From Hyaloraphidium curvatum SAG 235-1 (taxonomy: Eukaryota; Fungi; Monoblepharomycota): a stretch of 64,000 nt of DNA. The translations under genes and the position numbers were made by a program. The DNA lies in contig JAIVFI010000007.1 in NCBI GenBank assembly GCA_025558095.1, positions 496,001-560,000 on the forward strand, given 5' to 3'. This document shows, in pieces, positions 12,763 to 26,357 of this stretch (the first letter of the stretch is position 1; the number at the start of each line of letters is the position of its first letter). A model generated the notes under the pieces. The model made no database searches. It was not told the DNA's origin and saw nothing but the letters and a program-made list of their open reading frames with translations.

Positions 12763-15225
12763 CTAGGGCTGGTGAGCCCTCTGCAGCCTCTCCAGGGCCG
12801 CGAAGCACTTGTACAGCTTCGCATCCGTCTCCTGCAGCTTGTCGGAGAGGTACCCAACCCGGGCTTCGAGCTGGTCGCGCGTCATGTGCGCGAGGGCGAC
12901 GAAGCCGTCCCCGCCGGTGCCTGGCGAGGGCGTGGGAACCAGTGTGGCCTTGACATCCAAGTCAGCCGGGCCAGTCGCCTGATAGGGGGCATGAGCAGTC
13001 AGCAAGCTGCCGGAATCCGCGGTCGAAAAAGGAAATCTACCGGCGAAGGTTCGCTGCCGGGAGAAGGCTCCCCGTCCACGTCTCCAGGCGTCGCTTCGGC
13101 AGGGCTCACCCGCACAACCGCGGCCGCGTCCTTCAGGTGCTTTCGCAGCACACGCACATCGTGCTCCAGGCTCTTTGCCCAACTCTCCCGCTCCGCCACC
13201 TGCGACCGCAGGAGGTCCAGCTCGGTGGTCCGGTCCCTGAGCTCGGACGTCCGCGCCTCGAGCTGCCCCTCCACGGCCTGCTTGTCCGTCGTGAGGGTCT
13301 CCACCTCCCGCACCAGGCGCGCCGTCTCCTCCCCGATCATCGCCAGATCGCCCTCGAGGCGCTCGACTTCGGCCGCCAGCTTCTCGTTGGCCGATTTGAG
13401 CTCGGCGCTCAGCCTGGCTACCTCGGCCTCGCTGGTGCCGAGCTTCTTCTCCAGGCTCGCCAGCGTGACGGACCTGCACGTATCCAGCTCCGCCGACATG
13501 CTGTCCAGCGCCTCCCTCGTCGCAGCCAGCTCGCTCGCCACACGGCCGGACTCCAAGCCGGCAGCTTCCAGGTCCCGAACGCAGGAGCGGATAGTGTCCA
13601 AAAGCTTCCGCAGGGGAAGCAGGTCGGCCTGTTGTGAGGTTGGTTAGCGGTCGAGCAGAGGGGTGCCAGGCTTTTCTGGCCCATACCAAATCAGGATCAC
13701 TCGATCGAATGGATTGGACTGGAGGGAACCAAAATGTGAGCAAACACCCCAAGCGAGCCATCATTGGACCCACCAATGAGCTCCAAGATCGAATCCACGT
13801 CCCGGTGGGCCTGCGGAACCTTTTCCGCGATGCCTTCCCACGCCGCGAACCAGTCGACCAGGAGCCGCAACGACTCTGTCCGCACCGCCCATGGAACCTT
13901 TTCAGAATCTGAAGAAGCGTAAGCGCGGGCGGTACGTGGCAAAGACGAGACGAACCGCTGAAATCCTCCGCTATCCGCTCCAACCTGCCCTCGTACCGCT
14001 CCAGTGCCGTCCCGATGGCGCCCAATAGCGGGCGCCCGGCAATGTCCAAAGTCGTTGCCAGGGCCGCGCCGAGCCCCCGCACGCGGCGCAAAAGCTGCTT
14101 CACCGCGGGCGACCTCTCCTCAGGCCCGAGGTCGCTCCCGGCAAAGACGTCATCGAAAATGTCCACGGCTTCCGCCAGCGACCGGTTCGCCTCCCTGACC
14201 GGCTCAAAATCGGTCTGCGCCCGCGGCTCCTCTCCTGCCCCCCCGAACGCCTCCGCGAACCGGCAGCTGGCCTCGACCAACGGCACCCAGAGCCCAAACA
14301 CCCCCTTGAGCGGCGCCGCCGCCACCCCCTCGGGCTGCCGCTCCGCGCACCTGACCTCGGCCTGGATCACGAGCTGCCGGCTCTCCACGAGGCGCACCGT
14401 CGACATGCGCGCCGACAGCTTGTCCTCGTACTCCTTGGCCCGCAGCTCGCCGTCCCGCGCCGCGTCGTAGAGCTGGAGCTTCAGGGCGGCGGCCTCGGCG
14501 GCTTGCGCTTCAAAGTCCTTGGCCAGCTGGTCCTTGGACGCCTGGCGAAGGACGCGGGTCAGCGAAACGGGCGCGGCGGCGGGTCAAGTCTCACCTTCGA
14601 CTCCCTGAGCAGCTCCTGCAGCTGCTCCGTCCTCCGCCGCTCGTGGGCCAGATCCCGGGTGAGGTTCTCCGCCTGCTCCGACTTTTTCTGGAACTCCTCG
14701 AGGATCTGCTCGATGCTCTCCTGCTGCTCGGTCCACGTGTCACGCTGCGGCGCGCCCTTGGACTGCCGCTTCGACTGTCGCCGCCACCCGTGAGCCAGAA
14801 AGCGGCCTCAGAGTTCCAAATGAACCCACGGAGAGGTCGTCCTGCAGCACCTTGACGGTGCGCGACAGCTTCTCGCTCTGCAGCCGGTACATGTCCAGGT
14901 CGTCCCGCGCCTGCCGCCGACCCGGTTAGCGGGGGCCTTTGTCCACGAGTGCGAGCAACCCCACTTTCCGGAGCTCCACATCCTTCACTTTGCCGTCGGC
15001 CTGCAGCTGCTTCGCCAGGGCCTGCTCCTGCGTGCGGCGGGTCAGCCGTGGACGCGCCTCCGGGGAGGAGCGCCGCACCTCGACCAGCGCGCGCTTCAGG
15101 ATCGCGTTCTGCGCGCGCGTCTTTGCGTACTCGTCGAGCAGCGTCTTGTACGACTGCGCGAGGCGCGTTGGGTCTGCGAGGGCCGACACGCGCGGGGACG
15201 CGGAAGGCGACGACGCGGACGACAT
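12763..15225 (-). CDS. PPP1R21/KLRAQ1-like coiled-coil protein (FERRY subunit Fy-2-like), multi-exon
   Basis: N-terminal YKTLLDEYAKTRAQNAILKRALVE|EQA resembles the KLRAQ motif; long heptad-rich exons; C-terminal LEARVGYLSDKLQETDAKL. Confidence 0.7.
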
Positions 15226-15409
15226 CGCGGGGCGGGCGTTCTCGCCAACTCCGCCTGCCCTCCCGTCAGCCGCCCCGCGTCGGCTCTCCTTGGCCGGCTC
15301 TCCCGTGGCCTGTTCACCCGGGTGAGGGAGTTGCGCGTCGATCAGAGTGACGAGTCCCCGGTCCCATCGCTCGCACCTCCCACTCCTCCCGATGGGGTGA
15401 AGCCCCGCG

Positions 15410-17468
15410 ATGCGCATCGTGTCGTGGAACGTCAACAGCCTCGCCACGGTGCGCGGCTACAACCCGTGGCGCGGCCGCTCGTGGCGCGAGGTGCTCGACG
15501 CGCTGGACGCAGACGTGGTGTGCTTCCAGGAGACAAAGATCTCGCGGGCCACGGCGGCAAACCAGCCGGACATGGTGCTCGTGCCGGGATACGACGCATT
15601 CTTCTCGTTCTGTCGGCAGCGCGTGGGCGGCGGGGGCTACAGCGGCGTGGCGACCTATGTCCGCACCGAGCGCGTGCCGCCGCCCGTCGAGGCCGAGGAG
15701 GGCTTCCTCAACGTGCTGGGGCAGCGGCCGCAGAGCCGCATCGGACACTGGCCGGACCTGGAGGCCGACTTTACCCGCGAGGAGCTGGAGGCGCTGGACT
15801 CGGAGGGCCGCTGCCTCGTCACGGACCACCACCTCTTTGTCCTGTGCGTCTCCTTCGTCGCCCGCCATATCGACAGCTGATGTTCTTCGACGCAGGTTCA
15901 ACGTGTACTTCCCGAACGACGCCACGGACGAGCGCCACGTGTACAAGATGAAGTTCTACCGGGCCATCGAGGCAAGAGTGCGCGCGCTTCTCGCCGCGGG
16001 CCGGCACGTCGTCGTGGTGGGCGACGTCAACACGACGCACGAGGAGATCGACCACGCGGATCCCAAGAAGTCCATGAAGGAGCTCGGCATCGAATCCTAC
16101 GGCGAGACGCCCTCGCGGCGCTGGATCCACGCCCTGCTCCACCCGCGGGGGCCGATGGTCGACGTCTTCCGGCGCTTCCACCCGGACAGGACGGGCGCGT
16201 TCACCTGCTGGAACACCAAGATCGACGCGCGGCCGGCCAACTACGGCACCAGGCTGGACTACGTGCTCGCCTCGGTCGGGTTGGCGCCGGCATTCTGCGG
16301 CGGGGACGTGCACCAGGACGTCATGGGGTCGGACCACTGCCCCGTCAGCGGGACGATGCGGGACGAGGTGTGGGTGGACGCGGAGGGGAGGCTGGTCGAG
16401 GGCGAGGGGCCCGAGGGGGCGAAGCTGGTGCGCCTCGCGGATCTGATGGAGCCCGAGCCGGATGCGGCCCCGCGGAACCCGCCGGCGCTGTGCACGAGGT
16501 TCTGGGAGGAGTTCTCGGGCAAGCAAAAGAAGCTCAGCACGTTCTTCTCTGCCGCGCGGCCTGAGGCGGACAAGGCGGCTGCACCCGACTCGCCCGTCGA
16601 GGAGACGCCGGGAGATCGCGGGGGAAGCCAAACCGAGCGGCCGACGTATGCGCCGTCCGCCGCGATCGCCGCCGCTTCCGCGCCTGCCAAGCAGGAAAGG
16701 ACCTCGTGGACGTCGCCAAGCTCGAAGGCGGCCAAGAAGGCGGCGCCCAAGAAGAAGGGGTCGGCGGCGTCGGGTGCGGCCCCGGGACAGAAATCGCTGC
16801 TTTCTTTCCTCGCCAAACCCGCTTCGGCACCGTCGCCTCCATCGGTACCATCACCGCAGTCGTTGGCACCACCGCCTGAACCGGAGCTGCCCGTCGGAAA
16901 CGGACGTGGGGCCAGGAGCACTGGCGATGACGACGCTCCCTCCGCGGAACCGACGCCCTCCCTCGCCTCCCCCCACCCGCCGCATGCCGACCTGCCCCCC
17001 GACCCCGGCTTCACCTTTGAAAGCAACGAGCCCGTCGTCAAGACGGCCTGGAACGCGCTCTTCCAGCCGCGGCCGGCGCCGTTGTGCCACCACGGCGAGC
17101 CCACGAAGGAGTGGGTCACCGGCAAGCCCGGGCCCAACAAGGGCCGGGCATTCTACCTGTGCCAGCGGCCGGTCGGGCCGGAGGAGGAGGGCACGCAGAA
17201 GGGGGTGTTCGGCGCGAAGAAGGGGCCGGGGCTCAAGATCGGACAGTTCCGCTGCGATTTCTTCGAGTGGAAGCACGGGAAGAACGGGAAACGGTGGGCG
17301 GAGGTTGTTCGTGCATGGATTGGCTTGTCTAGCTGACGATCGCGGATCCGCAGGCGCGCGAGCGACGTTCCGGAGGACCCGAAGCGGGGCAAGGCGGCGA
17401 GGGTGGAAACGGGATCGAGCCAGGAGGAAGCGGAGCCCGACTGGTGGCCGAGCGACGTCGAGATGTGA
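15410..17468 (+). CDS. APN2: AP endonuclease 2 (ExoIII/EEP domain, PIP box, zf-GRF)
   Basis: MRIVSWNVN, CFQETK, GYSGVATY, LDSEGR, NVYFP, GDVN, FTCWNT..NYGTRLDY, GSDHCPV; QKKLSTFF PIP box; CHHGEP..GPNKGRAFYLC..CDFFEW; intron 15844-15895; probable last intron extends the CDS to 17468. Confidence 0.95.
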
Positions 17469-17597
17469 TGTTCTTTCTTTCTCTTTGCGTGGTTGTCGTG
17501 TAGCTGGACGGCATGGTACGGATGGAAGGTTCGGGAGCCTTCTGCGTGGTGGCGGCTCGGAAGTCGTCGCACCCGATCGCATTTCGAAATCTCCGCG

Positions 17598-20500
17598 ATG
17601 CTCGCTCCACGCGGGCCCGGGCCCGGGCAAGCGAGCCGGACTCTGACCGCTGCAGTACGGCTCGGCGGCATCTTGGCCGAGGGCCCGGTTTCGGCTGCAG
17701 CAACCGCGATGCGGGCGGTGCCGGCGTTTGGCCGCCAGATCTCCAACGCGGCGTCGCGCACGCCCCTCGCGCCCGTCGGCCGTGCGGAACACGCGGCAGT
17801 GCGATGGACGCCTTCGATGCGGCCGCGTCTGCTGCTTCCGGGTTCCCCGGCGTCGCGGACTTCGGGCGCACGCCGCGCGTCCGCGGTCGCGTCGCTGCGG
17901 CCGTTCCCGCGCTTCGCACCGCCCCTTTCAGAGACGCAGGACCCTCGCGGCCGCCCTCCCTTTGCGCTGGACTCTGATGCGCCGCCGCCGGCGGGCTCGG
18001 ACGGCGACGGCCTCGGCGGAGCTGACTCGGCGGCCCCGCCCGCCGACGGCACCGGCGGCGGCGACGACCGCTCGGGCAAGTCCGGCAAGGGCCGCAGGAG
18101 GGCGCCCGCAAAGACGCAGGACGCGGAAAAGCCGGAGGAGGAGCGCCCCAAGGGCGTGAAAGCGGACCAGGACGGCGAGCCCGCCGAGGAGGCTCCGGCC
18201 CAGATCGTCGAGGACATCAAGGGCCTCGCGTCGCTGTCGGGCTCCGAGGCCGCCTCGGGCGCGCTCGTTGCCGGCGGCGACGGCTCGTCGAACGTGCCGG
18301 ACAAGGTCCAGATCCCCAAAGACTACCCCCAGCTGCTCGCCATCCCGCTCACGCGGCGGCCGCTCTTCCCCGGCTTCTACAAGACCGTCTACATTAAGGA
18401 CCCCCAGGTCATTGCCGCCGTGCACGACCTGGTCGCGCGGCGCCAGGCCTACGTCGGCGTCTTCATGACCAAGGACGACAACTTTGAGCCCGACGTGATC
18501 ACGGACGTCGACCAGATCCACCCCGTCGGCGTGTTCGCCCAGATCGCCAACGTCTACGCCTCGGGGCCCGACAACAGCGGCCTCACCGTGCTGCTGTACC
18601 CGCACCGCCGGATCCGCGTCAAGAGCCTGGTGCCGCTGCCGCGGACCGGCGCGGCGCTCAAGGCCGAGGTCGCCGACGAGCAATCTGGCCAGGATCAGGT
18701 GTCGCTCCCTGGTGGGTTTCCACTCGGCGGGGCTGCCGCGCGCACAGAAGGCTGACATATCGCTCCCTGTGTCAGGCGACGTCGACGTGATCCCGGACCC
18801 CTTCTCCAACTACATACCCATCAACCTGCCCCTGTCGAAGTTCGCCGCGGCCCTCGTCAACGTCGAGAACCTCGCCGACGAGCCGTACAACGCCGACAAC
18901 CCGCTGATCAAGGCCATCACCAACGAGATGCTCAACGTGATGAAGGAAATCTCGCAGCTCAACCCGCTCTTCCGGGACCAGATCATCACCTTCTCGATCC
19001 AGTCGGGCGGCTCCCTGCTCACGGAGCCCTCGCGGCTGGCCGATTTCGCCGCAGCGGTGAGCAGCGCCGAGCCCGCGGAGCTGCAGGCCATCCTCGAGTC
19101 GATGGTCGTCGAGGAGCGGCTCCACAAGTCGCTGCACGTGGTCAAGAAGGAGCTGGCCAACGCCAAGCTTCAGCAGGAGATCGCCAAGGAGGTGGACAAG
19201 AAGATCACGCGCAAGCAGCAGGAGTACTTCCTCATGGAGCAGCTCAAGGGCATCAAGAAGGAGCTGGGCATCGACAGCGACGGCAAGGACAAGCTGATCG
19301 AGAAGTTCAAGGAGCGCGCGGCCAAGCTCAGCATGCCCGAGGCCGTGCAGAAGGTCTTTGACGAGGAGATCCAGAAGCTCTCGACCCTCGAGAGCGCCGC
19401 CTCCGAGTTCAACGTGACGCGCAACTACCTCGACTGGATCACCAACATCCCGTGGGGTAGGTTCGCGACCGAGAACTTCGACATCAAGCACGCCGTCGCC
19501 GTCCTCGATGAGGACCACTACGGGCTCAAGGAGGTCAAGGACCGCATCCTCGAGTTCATCGCAGTGGGCAAGCTGCGCGGCACCGTCGAGGGCAAGATCA
19601 TCTGCCTCGTCGGGCCGCCCGGTGTCGGCAAGACCTCGATCGGCAAATCCATCGCCCGGGCGCTGCAGAGGGACTTTTACCGCTTCTCGGTCGGCGGCCT
19701 GTCGGACGTCGCCGAGATCAAGGGGCACCGCAGGACCTACGTCGGCGCCATGCCCGGCAAGGTCGTGCAGGCCCTCAAGAAGGTCCAGTCGCAAAACCCT
19801 CTTATCCTGATTGACGAAAGTGGGCAAAATCGACGAGCTTATCGTTTGGACAGATCACTCAATTCGTTTCCCGTTGTTCACTAGTCGACAAGCTCGGCCG
19901 CGGACACCAGGGCGACCCCGCGTCGGCCCTGCTCGAGGTCCTGGATCCCGAGCAGAACAACTCCTTCCTCGGTTGGTTCCGCTCGACTTTCCCGCGTGTC
20001 CACGCTTCTCACCGCCCTTCACACCAGACCACTATATGGACGTCCCGATTGACCTTTCCAAGGTCCTCTTCGTATGCACCGCCAACCTGCTCGACACCAT
20101 CCCCGCCCCGCTGCTCGACCGCATGGAGGTCATCCAGCTCTCGGGCTACGTGGCGGAGGAGAAGGTGGCGATCGCGGAAAAGTACCTGGCCCCCCAGGCG
20201 CGCGAGGCCGCCGGTCTGCAGGACACCAAGGTTGAGATCAAAAAGGACGCCATCGAGGCTCTCATCAAGTTCTACTGCCGCGAGAGCGGCGTCCGCAACC
20301 TCAAGAAGCACATCGACAAGGTCTACCGCAAGGCGGCGCTCCGGATCGTCAACGACCAGACCAACACGGACGTCGAGGAGGCCAGGGCCATGATCGCCCA
20401 GGCCCGCGCGGACCTCGCCAAGGATGTCGGCGGAGCCTCGTCAACCCCGGTGACGGTGCAGGTCGGCGACACTACGGTGACGGCGCCGGCGCCCAAGAAG

Positions 20501-21356
20501 CCCACGCACGGGCTCGGTTACGACAAGACGCTGGTCATTGACAGTGAGAACCTCAAGGACTTCGTCGGGTCGCCCGTCTACACGAGCGACAGGATGTACG
20601 AGACCACGCCGCCCGGCGTCGTTATGGGCCTCGCGTGGACTTCGATGGGTGAGTCCCTTTGGGCGCATCGGTTCTGTCGCCTCACTGACCTCGACTTTAG
20701 GCGGATCTGCCCTCTACGTCGAGTCGGTTCTCGAGGCCCCGCTGGTTGCCGACGGCAAGCCGTCCTTCAGCCGCACCGGCCAGATGGGCGACGTCATGAA
20801 GGAGAGCAGCGCCATCGCCTACACCTACTCCAAGTCGTTCCTTGCCCGCAAGTTCCCCGACAACAAGTTCTTTGAGCGTGCCGCGATCCACCTCCACGTG
20901 CCCGAGGGCGCGACCCCCAAGGACGGACCGTCGGCGGGCGTCACCATGACGACCTCGCTGCTTTCGCTGGCCCTCAACGAGCCCGTGATCCCCAATGTCG
21001 CCATGACGGGCGAGCTGACCCTGACGGGCAAGGTCCTCAAGATCGGCGGCCTGAGGGGTGGGTTCCATCGTCGGGGTTTCGCTGCCTTTCGCTGACACTC
21101 CTTTCCAGAGAAAACCATCGCCGCCAAGCGCTCTGGCGTGACCAACATCATCTTCCCGGCGCCCAACCGCAACGACTGGGACGAGCTGCCGGACTACATC
21201 CGTGAGGGCGTGAACGGCATCCCCGTCGAGAACTACGAGGACATCTTCAAGATCGTCTTTGCTCAGGCCGGCAACTCGTTGAAGGTGGAGAACGAAGGCA
21301 AGGGTTTCAACACCATCGGCACCCCGATCTCCATCCAGGCCCCGCTCGGAGGGTGA
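17598..21356 (+). CDS. PIM1: Mitochondrial Lon protease
   Basis: Arg/Ala-rich presequence; LON_N ([10 protein letters not shown]); Walker [10 protein letters not shown]; [14 protein letters not shown]; catalytic PKDGPSAG and KIGGLREK; several short introns. Confidence 0.97.
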
Positions 21357-21471
21357 AATATAGACGTGCTGGACAGGAAGGAACTGAACGATATCCCGAT
21401 CTGTGTCTTCTTGTACGCAAAGGAGCCAATGAAGGCATCTAAATGCGTTTATTGCGCCGGTCCACATTCTG

Positions 21472-23716
21472 CTATTGACGGCGGTAGCCGCGCGGCATGG
21501 ATCGGCCTCCCTGGCCCGGGAAACCGCCGCCGCCGTACGGGCTTCCCCCGAACCCGCCACCAAAAGGACTGCCGCCGAATCCTCCACCCCCGCCTGGGAA
21601 GCCGTGCATGCCACCCATGCCGCCGCCCATCCCACCTCCCTGCGACATAAATGCTCGTAGCACGTCCTCGACGTCCAAGCCTAGTTGATGAGCGGAGGGT
21701 AAGGACACTACCACGTCCAGCTCCGCACGCGGAGCTACGCACCTCCAGGGAAGCCTCCCATTCCTCCTCCCATGCCGCCCATATCCTCGTCAAAGTCCGC
21801 CCCGACGTCGTGTGCGCGCCGCTTCTGGGGGTCTATGAGACAATTGTAGGCCTCGCTGATGTCCTTGAACTTTTCCTCTGCCTTGGCCTTTTCCTCGTCG
21901 CTGAGGGAGGCCTGCTTGTCTGGATGGTACTGCAGCGCCAACTTGCGGTACGCCTTCCGGATCTCGTCCTCGCTGCAGCTTTTTTCCAACCCGAGGATCT
22001 GGTAGTAGTCCTTGCGCGCGGCGGCCTTTTCGGCCTTGGCCGCCGCCCGCTTGGCACGGGCCACCTCGGGGTCGTTCGGCTTGATGCCCTCGGCCACGCT
22101 GTAGGCGCGGAAAGCTTCCGCGTGCCTGTACAGCTTCGTGTTCGAGTCAGCAAGCCGCAGGTGCAGCTTGAAAAACAGGGATTCGTTCAGGCTCTTGCGC
22201 ATTTCCTCGGCGTGCGCCGAAGCGTGCGCGGTCGGGAACGACAACACAAGGAGTAGGGAAATGGCACGGGAAGCCGCGCTGGCCGACGGCTCGTAGGCCT
22301 TGAGCTGAGAATCAATGTGAGTGAGAACAGGCACTAGAGGACACCAGAGACGACCAACCTTGGATTGAGCGGTCGCGATGTTGCTAAGGCACTTGACGCG
22401 GACAACGCCTCCGCGCCACGCCTCCTTCTCCGCCCACTTTTCGTCCCCGGTTTTGGAATCCGCGTCGTCGCCGTACTCCACATCCTCGTCAATCTCCCAC
22501 CACCCCAACTTGGTGACCGACAGAGCCGTCCTCAGGGTGGATATGGCGTCCGTGTACAGCTCGATGGACTTTGTCCACTCCGAGCGGCCGAACGCCTCCT
22601 TCGCCTCCTCTCTAATCCTCTCGACGTTCTTCGTCAACCGCAGGAGGAGCAGCGACGGTTTGTGATCGGGATCGAACGACAGCGCCCGCTGCAGCAGCCC
22701 GGGCACAGAGGAAGCAGCGGTATCGGAAAGATAGAGCGCCAGCGCGCGGAGGTGCAGGAGGCTGGGCGAGGTCGCGTGCCCGAACCGTGTCAGACCGTAG
22801 TGAGCCGCCTGCTGTGCAGCGCCGAGATCTGACAGGACGAGAAGGATACGTGCGCGCAGCAGGATCCACTCGTGCGGCTGCGCGGAAAGGTCCGAGTCGG
22901 CCGTGAAGTAGCTGTGCGAGCCGGGATCCTTGGTCCCCCGATGCAGATTCGAGTCGAGCGCGATCATGGCCGATTCAATCGACGACAGAGCAGATGTATA
23001 GTTGCCCGTGCGGAGATACTGCCGCGCCGAAGCGACGTGGTGGGAGAGCCTGGACGTCGTGATAAGCTGGAAGGAGAAGTCAGAACTGGAGTGAATCGGC
23101 CGCGACGGTCGATGCCCACCTCCTTCTCGATTTCCTTCAAGCCATGGTGGTCGACGACTTTCTTTCCATCCCGGAGCACGGTCTCCGCGTCCTCGACGCG
23201 TCCAAGCCCGCACAGCGCTTTCGAGCACCGAACGATGGCCTTCACGTTGCCCCGGTCCGTTTCCATGACCTTTTGCGCGTCCCGCATGGCCGATGAATAG
23301 TCGCGCAGCATCAAATAGGAAGCCGCCCGGTTCAGGATCACGGTCGGGTTGCCGCTGGCTTCAAATGATTCCGTATAGAGCTCGACAGCCTCGGCATAGT
23401 TGCCAGCCTTGTAGGCTTCGTTGCCCCTCCCCTTCAGCTCCTCCGCGATGGCAGCGGGATCCCTAGGAGGCGCGGGACTCGCCGGCCCGTTGCCGGCAGT
23501 AGGAGCGGGATCTCTCGGAGCCACAGGGCTCGCCGGCCCGTTGCCGTTGGCCGCATTGTCCGCGGGGCTACCACTCGCGTGGCCGTTTTCCATCGGCGGC
23601 GTGCTGAACGGCCCGTCGCCCTGGGCGCCAGGCGACTGGGGCGATGGCGGGCCCGCGCTCGACGGCGATGTCGGCGTTGCCGATCCGTCGCCTTTCTTCT
23701 TCGGTTTGCCGGGCAT
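21472..23716 (-). CDS. TPR + J-domain co-chaperone (DNAJC7/Tpr2-like)
   Basis: TPRs ([26 protein letters not shown]); J domain [29 protein letters not shown]; Gly/Phe-rich tail. Confidence 0.92.
23455..23555 (-). repeat. Two-copy ~51-nt coding tandem repeat (NGPASP-xx-PRDPA) in the DNAJC7 N-terminus
   Basis: [17 protein letters not shown] / [14 protein letters not shown] in ORF 22964-23716. Confidence 0.8.
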
Positions 23717-23851
23717 CCTTGGGCAGCGAACCTATTCGGTCCTTCTGAGAAACCGACGGGTGGCCAGCGGGCCGCGGCTGGCCGCGGAAGTCTGGAGAAG
23801 CCAAGATCTCAACCTGGCCAATCAGAGGAGGGAGGTAATGATACACTTCTT

Positions 23852-25778
23852 CTACTCTTCGGCATCATCATCATCGCCGAAAATGTCGTCGAAAAAGTCG
23901 GGGAGCTCCTCCTCGTCCACCGCACCCGCATCCGATCCCGACTCGCTTTCGGTATCGCCTTCTGATCCCCCCTCTTCGCCTCCTCCCGATCCCTCCTCTT
24001 CCGATCCTGCATTGTGACGGAATCAGCCACGCATGGGGCGGGGTTTCAGAACATCCACGTACCTGACTCCGCTGCCGATCCCTGGTTCTGGCTGCGAAGC
24101 AAGGACTCCACCCGCTCGTTGAGCTCGCCCGGCGCCATCGGACGCACGCCCTGGGGCTGCGAGCCGCGCTGGCCCCGTCCGGACGGCGTGACTGCCCCCT
24201 TTTCCTTGCTCTTTGCTGCGGCCTTGCCCTTCTTCTTTGTCGGCGCCGGCGACTCCTCTCCGGATCCGCTCCCACTGCCCTCCTCCTGGGCCTTTTTCTT
24301 GCGTCCCCTCCTCCCCTCCCCCTTTTTCGCGTGCTTGGCCGCAACGCCCTCCTTCCTGCGATCGTCGGTCCGGTTCGCAAGCCGGAGGTACTGCGTCCTC
24401 AGCTCCTCCCTGATCGCATCCAACTTGGCCCTCGAGAACCACCCGTCCTTCGGATCGTACGTACCCCGCACGTCCTCTGGCGACTCGACCATGCCCTTGA
24501 GCTTCGGCTCGAGCAGGTCGACACCCTGGTACACTGTCATCTCGCGCTGGTGCACGCCGTCGAAGAGGTGCGAGTTCGGGTCCGCGGGCTGCGGCGCGCC
24601 CTCGCCGCGCTGCGGACCCAGCGCCGCGCGGCCCTCAATGAACCGCTTGGCGCGGGCCAGCGGGCGTGCCTCTTTGACGAAGCGCACCTCGAAGGTCTGG
24701 TAGGCGCGCGACGCCGGGTCCCGACGAAAGTCGTACCCGTACCGCACCCAGGCCTCGCGGAAGGGGCCCGAGGAGACGAAGTAGGCGGCGATGGGGAGGA
24801 GCTTCTTGATGTGCTTGCGGGCTTCCGGGGGGAGGGAGTTGAGCACGCCCAGGCGGGACCAGATGGGGCGGCGCTCGAAGAGCTTGCGGACCAGGGCGAC
24901 CTGGTCCTGCGGAAGCACCTGCGCGTCCCTGCCCGCCTGTGCAGGCGGTTCGGTCGGCACCGTGGGGGATTTGAGGTCCAGCACGTGGGCAACGAGCCGC
25001 GCCATCTTCTGCTTGTTGACGAGGCGGTAGCCCTCGCCGCTCTCGTTGGGCACCTTCACAACGGCCGGGTTCTGGCGGAAGCCGTAGACCTGCGGCACGT
25101 CCACGCGGGAAAAGATGGGCGGGGGGATGTTGCGCATCTGGCTCGAGCCGGGCACGTCGTCCGAGAGCGCCGACAGGCGCGCGATGGCGTCGACTGGCAC
25201 GAGGTGAGGCGCATTACACGGTGCGGCCGGCAGACTGCCTACCGTCGAGGTCCTGCAGCGCATGCCGCAACTGCGTCGTGTTCCAAGACAGGTCGGGAGT
25301 GTACTGGAAATCCGCCATGGCTGCCCAAACGCGTCGGTCGGCGGCCTCGCGGTCGGTGTCGTGGCCACCCACCCCTGAACCGCACCGTCCTCGCAATCGT
25401 CCCCACCACCTCGCTCCTCTCCTCCCACTCCCCCGCCGGCCTCCCCGGCGCCGCCCTCCGCCTCCGCCGCGTCACCTTGAGCAGCAGGTTCGCGGTGCCA
25501 ATCGCGTCGCCCACGATCGGGTGCGCGAACAGGTCCTCGGGCCGGTACCGCAGCTCCAGCGTGTCCGCCGTGCCCGCAGCCACCTTGCCCACGCGCTCCT
25601 TGCCGCCCAGCGTGGCGAACGCGCGCTCGGTGTCGCGCACGAAGCCGGGGTACTCGACCGAGACGAGGCGGCGGCCGCGCGGGAAAGCGTGCGACGGGGC
25701 GTGCTTGTATGCGACGGGCGGCGGCCGCATTTCGTCCACGTCGATGGGAGCGGCAGGGCCGCCCAACGAGGAGGCCAT
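23852..25778 (-). CDS. TFC1: RNA polymerase III transcription factor IIIC subunit tau95 (Tfc1/Sfc1/GTF3C5)
   Basis: LVSVEYPGFV..AFATLGG, LELRYRPEDLFAHPI, TANLLLKV, VRFR|xMADFQY, LFERRPIWSR, SGPFREAWVRYGYD, KDGWF; acidic last exon. Confidence 0.92.
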
Positions 25779-26357
25779 TTCTCGGATGGGGGACGCGGGG
25801 CACGGCGAAGTGGAGGCCAACAAAGGTTTGATCTCTCGGCGTTCCATAATAGTGGAACCCCCCGCGCTCGCTGCGCCTGGCCGTGCGTCGCCCGGAGCCC
25901 TTTCGGGGGCGATGATGCCGCTTAGCCAATTCCGAGTCATCCCTGACGAGAAATCTCCGCTCGGGCGGCGGAGAGGACGGCCGGCTGCGCGGCGCGGGAA
26001 GGCTGTGAAGACATCTGTGCTGGGCCGAGCCGGACCGCTCGAGACGCGTGCTCGCGGGGGCGATGAGGCCGAGTTTTCAATCGGAGCCGCAGGCGGGGAA
26101 AACGGGCAGCGAATGAAGGGCGGGTGCGGAGACCCCGACCCAAAGTCCACTGCGGCAAAAGCACCTTCGAAGGCTCTCCGAGGGATCAGGAAACGTCGCA
26201 TGCAGATCAGACGCATCTACTCGGGTATCCACGGGCGGTCTACAGGGTATTGTACAAGGCGACTCCCACCCCCGACTCCCCGGCTCTACGTTCGGTGCAG
26301 ACAAAGACAAGGCATCGCAGGAAATCGGCTTTGCATCGCGTGCGCAACAGCGTCCGT

